Positions 27,534-32,000 of a stretch of DNA of 32,000 bases are shown here, piece after piece (positions within the stretch are counted from its first letter, which is position 1; each line of letters starts with the position of its first letter). The DNA lies in the NCBI GenBank assembly GCA_964577555.1, contig CAZNZM010000008.1, positions 1 to 32,000 of the forward strand, given 5' to 3'. The translations under genes were made by a program, and so were the position numbers. The stretch comes from an uncultured archaeon. Its GTDB lineage: Archaea; Iainarchaeota; Iainarchaeia; Iainarchaeales; Iainarchaeaceae. The notes below the pieces were generated by a model. The model worked only from the letters and a program-made list of their open reading frames with translations. It was not told the origin of the DNA and did not search any database.

Positions 27534-29504
27534 TTATTCGAACCCTAAAGATTTTTTTCCTGTCACCGCAACAAGCCAAATTAACCCTATAATTGAAAGC
27601 AAAAAACCTATTTTTTCAATATCAGTTTCTTCGTATCTTAATTCTATTTCTCCCTTTCCATAAACAATCATAAAGTTCGGCGAAGCCTTGTATATTGGTG
27701 TTTCTATTCCATTTTGATATGCTTTCCATTTAGGAAAATAAGATATTTTAATATAAATCGGAACCCGCTTTTCAGATTCCACAAAAAATTTTATTCTATC
27801 CATGGTTGGAGATTTTTCCAAAATTCTTATAACTTCAGAACCAAAACCCGGTTGCATATTTTCTTTTCCATTTATGAAAATATTTCTTCGCATGTTTTTA
27901 TTGCCAAACCAATTAATGACTTCCAAATCCCAATCTTTGCCAAGATAATTTTTTGGCGCATAATCTAAAACTTGAATAAGAGAAGATTCGTTTGCTTTGT
28001 AAATATGGTAAGTATATTTCTCCATGAATTCTTTGTCAGGCTGCCAAAAGTAAAAAGAAACTATTTTCCCAAAATCTTTCCATTCTGGCAATATTTGGTT
28101 TTTGCTGACAACATAATTAATTCCAAGCAATTCCAATTCTTCCCTTATTATATTTTTGTCAAAGTCGTTGCTATCCCATTGTTGCTCTTCCATTACCCTT
28201 GCAATAATTGAATTTTTTGACGATTCTTGGAAAAGCCCTTTCACGCCATAAAGTTTATACTTTATAGGTATTGCATGTTGAAGCTCATGGTTACCGGCTT
28301 GCTCGGTTTCTTTTGCATAAATTAAAACCCTTCCACTTGTTTCCCCTTGAACTTTTTCCACAAAAGGCTTTCTTATATTGCCTTCAGGATAAAGCCCAGA
28401 CAAAGTCCCAACAACCAAAAGGAAAAACAAAATCGAAACTATTGGCAAAATAATACCCGGTTTTTTCCAAAATAAATTTTTGACCAAACCATACAAGACA
28501 ATAGGCAACATCAAAACTACAAACATTGTTAAACGATAGTAATGCATTGGATAATTGGCATAATTCCAGCCAACAAAACATAAAACAGCTACAATGAAAG
28601 CAAACAAGCTTGGCTCCAAATAATCATTTTTTTTTGAAAACCACAAATAAATTGTTGCCAAGCCAGAAACAATTAAAACAATCAAATCATAAGGCAAAGA
28701 ACCTGAAATAAAAAGATCAGTATAATCAATGTACGCAATTGCTGGAACCAACCAAAAAGCCGAAAGCAAAAAACCAAGCAACAATTGTTTTCCAGAAAAA
28801 AATAAACTATTTTTATTATAATGCACTATTGCAAAAGTAGATAAAAGCAAAATGGCTACAATTGAAGTAATTGTGTGTGTTAATATTATAAGAGCAAATA
28901 TGAAAGCGCTTTGCAAATAATTTCCTTGCGAAAAACCCTTTTTTAGGGAACCAAAGTAAAAGAAAAAAAGCGAAAAGCCAAGCGTATTTGCCACAAGCCC
29001 AACATTAAAAGTTGAAAACATGTCGCCACCCATAACCCCGTTTTCGAATATGAAAAGCACGGCGAACATGATTACCATAATCGAAGAGGCTTCGATTTTT
29101 CCAATATTTTCAAAAGACCTTGCAAAATAATAGAAAGAAACAGGCAACAAAAGAATTGAAAAAGCAACAATAGATTTGAACGCATATTCAAGAGGCATTA
29201 AAAATGATAATATTACAGTTGCAAAAGTGAATAATGGCTGATAAAAAAGATTTTGTGGAAATCCAAAAAAGAAATAAGGATTCCAACCTGAAATTTTTGG
29301 AAAAATATATTCTTTAGTGTACCAAGCTGAAAAATAATGCCCAGGTATGTCAGCAGTAAAAAGACTATTATGAATGAAAAAAGGCCAAATTAACCAAAAA
29401 ATAGAGTATGCATAAACGGCAAAAAACAATAGCAAATAAGCTTTTTCCGAAAAAAATTTTACTCCTAATTTAACAAAATCCTTTGTCTTTATCAAAATCG
29501 CCAT
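27534..29504 (-). CDS. Multi-pass membrane protein, YfhO/PTPS-related type (possible polymer/glycan assembly or glycosyltransferase-like)
   Basis: 656 aa; many TM segments; ADIPGHYFSAWYTKEYIFPKISGWNPYFFFGFPQNLFYQP early loop; C-terminal soluble domain then TM. Confidence 0.75.
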   Translation of the reverse strand: MAILIKTKDFVKLGVKFFSEKAYLLLFFAVYAYSIFWLIWPFFIHNSLFTADIPGHYFSAWYTKEYIFPKISGWNPYFFFGFPQNLFYQPLFTFATVILSFLMPLEYAFKSIVAFSILLLPVSFYYFARSFENIGKIEASSIMVIMFAVLFIFENGVMGGDMFSTFNVGLVANTLGFSLFFFYFGSLKKGFSQGNYLQSAFIFALIILTHTITSIVAILLLSTFAIVHYNKNSLFFSGKQLLLGFLLSAFWLVPAIAYIDYTDLFISGSLPYDLIVLIVSGLATIYLWFSKKNDYLEPSLFAFIVAVLCFVGWNYANYPMHYYRLTMFVVLMLPIVLYGLVKNLFWKKPGIILPIVSILFFLLVVGTLSGLYPEGNIRKPFVEKVQGETSGRVLIYAKETEQAGNHELQHAIPIKYKLYGVKGLFQESSKNSIIARVMEEQQWDSNDFDKNIIREELELLGINYVVSKNQILPEWKDFGKIVSFYFWQPDKEFMEKYTYHIYKANESSLIQVLDYAPKNYLGKDWDLEVINWFGNKNMRRNIFINGKENMQPGFGSEVIRILEKSPTMDRIKFFVESEKRVPIYIKISYFPKWKAYQNGIETPIYKASPNFMIVYGKGEIELRYEETDIEKIGFLLSIIGLIWLVAVTGKKSLGFE

Positions 29505-29519
29505 TCAAAAAACCGCTTT

Positions 29520-29984
29520 TCAAATTTCAGAATTTTTACAACTTTGAGGAACAAGGAAATCACTTTCAGAAACATTTTTTGAATAATTTTTTATTGTAGA
29601 TCCTTCCTTACCTATACAATTAATTATTTCAAAAGGGTTGAAATAAGGCTCTTTCGCCTTTTCATGTTTTTTTATACATCCTTTTGAAGTGATATAATAT
29701 TGTTCGCTTTCCATAACGCTCTTGTCAAAAATTTCTAAGTACTCTACAATATTGCCATGATTCACATTTTCAATTTTTTTGTATTTTATCAAATATTTTT
29801 CAGGCGTATCAACATGCCAATAATGCATTAAAATATTTGGTGTTTCAGCCTCCCAATAAACTTTGAAAGGCAAAACTTCTTTGCATACTATCTTCCTGTT
29901 GTCATATTCCGACTTTGCCAATGTTGCAATTAAAAAAACAGTCAAAAACAGAAATATTGCTACAACAACGTATTGCAAATTCAT
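29520..29984 (-). CDS. Small membrane-anchored hypothetical protein (154 aa)
   Basis: N-terminal TM NLQYVVVAIFLFLTVFLIATLA; stop lies 15 nt from the start of the 656-aa gene. Confidence 0.65.
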   Translation of the reverse strand: MNLQYVVVAIFLFLTVFLIATLAKSEYDNRKIVCKEVLPFKVYWEAETPNILMHYWHVDTPEKYLIKYKKIENVNHGNIVEYLEIFDKSVMESEQYYITSKGCIKKHEKAKEPYFNPFEIINCIGKEGSTIKNYSKNVSESDFLVPQSCKNSEI

Positions 29985-30009
29985 AAATTAACATTCCACC
30001 ATTTTATTT

Positions 30010-30019
30010 AAAAAAAAAA
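30010..30019 (-). terminator. Oligo-T terminator downstream of tRNA-Asp (T10 on minus strand)
   Basis: A10 on plus strand 30010-30019, about 10 nt past the tRNA 3' end. Confidence 0.5.
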
Positions 30020-30029
30020 GATTTATAAG

Positions 30030-30101
30030 CGCCCACACCGGGAGTTGAACCCGGCCCTCGACCGTGACAGGGTCGCATACTAACCGATATACTATGTGGG
30101 C
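30030..30101 (-). tRNA. tRNA-Asp (anticodon GTC)
   Basis: Minus strand GCCCACATAGTATATCGGTTAGTATGCGACCCTGTCACGGTCGAGGGCCGGGTTCAACTCCCGGTGTGGGCG; 7-bp acceptor GCCCACA/TGTGGGC, anticodon arm CGACC-CTGTCAC-GGTCG, T arm CCGGG-TTCAACT-CCCGG, discriminator G; no encoded CCA. Confidence 0.97.
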
Positions 30102-30258
30102 TTTTTTAATCATAAAATCTATAATTTGAGAAGGCTTTTAATGTTTTCCAACAAATCGCAAAAAACAGAATAATTGTTTTTATTCGGCAATTTTTTGTTG
30201 TAATACATTATTTTTTTCCAGGACAAAAATTTAATAATTTGATAATTCTCGCTTTTTA

Positions 30259-31179
30259 TTATTTTTTAACCAATTTTGCCAAAAAAAACGCTTGCGAATT
30301 GTTGTCTTGCGGATAAATTCTTGCGCATTTTGACACTTCGGAATCGTATTTTTTACCATTCCACTGGCTTATTCCCTTTCTCGTCTTGAACCCATCAACT
30401 GCAATTTCTTCAACAAAAAAACCGCCATTCTTTAATGCAAAATCCACAATCTCTTCATCTTCTTCCGGAGAAAGGGAGCATGTGCTATAAACAATTGTTC
30501 CATTAGGCTTAAGCAATTCAATGCACTTTTTCACAAGTTTTTTTTGCAAACTTGATTTTATTTGAACAAGTTCGTTGCTCCAATTTTTAAGTGCATCAAA
30601 ATCTTTTCTTACCAAGCCTTCTGAACTGCATGGCGCATCTAAAAGTATCTTGTCAAACAAATTCTTTTTTTTTGCACCCAGCAAATCCATTCTCTTGGCT
30701 TCAACATTTCCCATTCCAAATTTTTTAATATTAAAACAAAGGCTTTTGTATCTTTCAAAATTTTTTTCTACGGCCACTATTTTTCCAAGTCCGTTCATTA
30801 AGCAAGAAAGCTGCAATGTCTTGTTACCAGGGGCTGCACAGGCATCAAGTACAATATTTTTTTGTTCAGGGTTCAAAGCTATTGCAGGCAACATTGAAGC
30901 CTTTTCCTGCAAATTGAATAACCCGTCCTTGAATTCTCGGGTTTGCCCAGGTTTTTCAATATTTTCCAATCCAAAAGCATTTTCATGAAAAAGCCTTTCA
31001 AGTTTCCAACCTTTTTTTACAAGAATTTTTTCAAGCAACCCAGGTTTTATTTTTAGAGAATTAACCCAAATGCTTTTAGGATATTTTGTTTTGCAGAAAC
31101 TGAAAAATTCTTCGCTTTCAATTCCAAGAATTTTTTCATATTTTTTCTTGAAATCCTCAGGAATAAAAGTTTTTTTCAT
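30259..31179 (-). CDS. NOL1/NOP2/Sun-family RNA (cytosine-5) methyltransferase
   Basis: NIVLDACAAPGNKTLQLSCLM...ILLDAPCSSEGLVRK...IVYSTCSLSPEEDEEIV. Confidence 0.93.
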   Translation of the reverse strand: MKKTFIPEDFKKKYEKILGIESEEFFSFCKTKYPKSIWVNSLKIKPGLLEKILVKKGWKLERLFHENAFGLENIEKPGQTREFKDGLFNLQEKASMLPAIALNPEQKNIVLDACAAPGNKTLQLSCLMNGLGKIVAVEKNFERYKSLCFNIKKFGMGNVEAKRMDLLGAKKKNLFDKILLDAPCSSEGLVRKDFDALKNWSNELVQIKSSLQKKLVKKCIELLKPNGTIVYSTCSLSPEEDEEIVDFALKNGGFFVEEIAVDGFKTRKGISQWNGKKYDSEVSKCARIYPQDNNSQAFFLAKLVKK

Positions 31180-31194
31180 AAACGCAATATTGAA

Positions 31195-32000
31195 TCAATT
31201 TATTTTCTTGTCCAGCACACATAACATTTCAACATGCATTGTCTGTGGAAACTGGTCAAAAGCTTTTATCGTTTTAATTTTATATTCTGGCAAAGCCTTT
31301 ATATCCTGATGCAATGATTCAGGGTTGCATGAAACGTATATTATCCTATTAGGAAAAATTTTTTTTATTCCATCAATAGCTTTTCTTTCAAGCCCTTTTC
31401 TTGGCGGGTCAACTATTATTGTATCAAACCATGCTTCGGTGTTTTTAAGCCATTTTTCAACATTGCTTGAAAAAAACTGAATATTTTTTATTCCATTTAG
31501 TTCAGCATTCATTTTTGCCGATTCTATGCTTTCTTCGTTTAATTCAACCCCGATAATTTTATTGCATTTGTCTGCAAAACATATTGCTATTGTTCCTACG
31601 CCGCAATAAAGATCAAGCACTATAGAATTTTTTTTTATGTATTTTTTTGCAATGGAAAAAATTCTTTCAGCGCTTTTTACATTCACTTGAAAAAAATTGT
31701 TTCCCCTTATAACAAACTTATTTCCAAGCAATTCCTCTATTATAAAATTTTTTCCGAATGTTTTAATTATTTTTCCTTGTGCCGAATCGCTCCATGTTTC
31801 GTTTTGCATTATATTTACTCCGACAACTTTTTGGTTAAGCAATTCTTTGCAAAGAATTTCAATTTTTGGGTTTACGCTTCCAAAAAAAAACCAAATTGCA
31901 AAGCATTTCCCCATTTCCGTTTCTTCGCAAAACCGCATACCTTAAACCGTGTCTTCTTTTCATTATTGTGGCGCTTTCAATTTCAAGTTCTTTCAGCTTT
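31195..32000 (-). pseudogene. TrmA/RlmD-family RNA (uracil-5-)methyltransferase, N-terminus beyond the right edge, split by an apparent frameshift at a T9 run
   Basis: 3' part DLYCGVGTIAICFA...IIVDPPRKGLE...IIYVSCNPESLHQDI...PQTMHVEMLCVL; 5' part in another frame reads KLKELEIESATIMKRRHGLRYAVLRRNGNGEMLCNLVFF up to the homopolymer at 31882-31890. May be an assembly error rather than a true pseudogene. Confidence 0.7.

Noticed and set aside
1-32000. CRISPR array, IS element, rRNA, or toxin-antitoxin/defence island
   Set aside because: Scanned by eye: no regularly spaced palindromic repeats, no transposase-like protein, no rRNA core sequences. Only one tRNA was found. A tool-based scan would be needed to be exhaustive.

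Overview
This window is a stretch of an archaeal genome, probably DPANN-like judging from gene content, lean proteins and AT richness; I cannot place it more precisely. Its backbone is a minus-strand information-processing cluster in the order rpoH - rpoB'' - rpoB' - rpoA' - rpoA'' - rpl30e - nusA-like - rps12 - rps7 - fusA (EF-2), then an unusual T-rich low-complexity block plus a membrane-protein gene, then tuf (EF-1alpha) - rps10. Right of it lie a riboflavin cluster (ribK-ribC-ribH), an OGG2-type DNA glycosylase, a cis-prenyltransferase, a geranylgeranyl-reductase-like enzyme, a HAD phosphatase, a P-loop kinase + dCMP deaminase fusion, a large multi-pass membrane protein with a small anchored partner, tRNA-Asp(GTC), a NOP2/Sun RNA methyltransferase and an edge-truncated, apparently frameshifted TrmA/RlmD-type methyltransferase. 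The left end holds a large secreted-protein gene (positions 1-1350, minus strand, open at the edge) that the supplied ORF track misses, and a second surface protein with an extreme tyrosine-rich segment. I found no CRISPR array and no clear defence island. The best leads are: the missed A/C-biased secreted protein; the Tyr-rich surface protein; RNA polymerase with unusual catalytic-element residues and no C-terminal zinc-site cysteines in B'; T-rich blocks with a shared ~55-60 nt module and a decayed Lys-rich micro-ORF bracketing the RNAP/str cluster; the kinase-dCMP deaminase fusion; and the T9 frameshift at the right edge.
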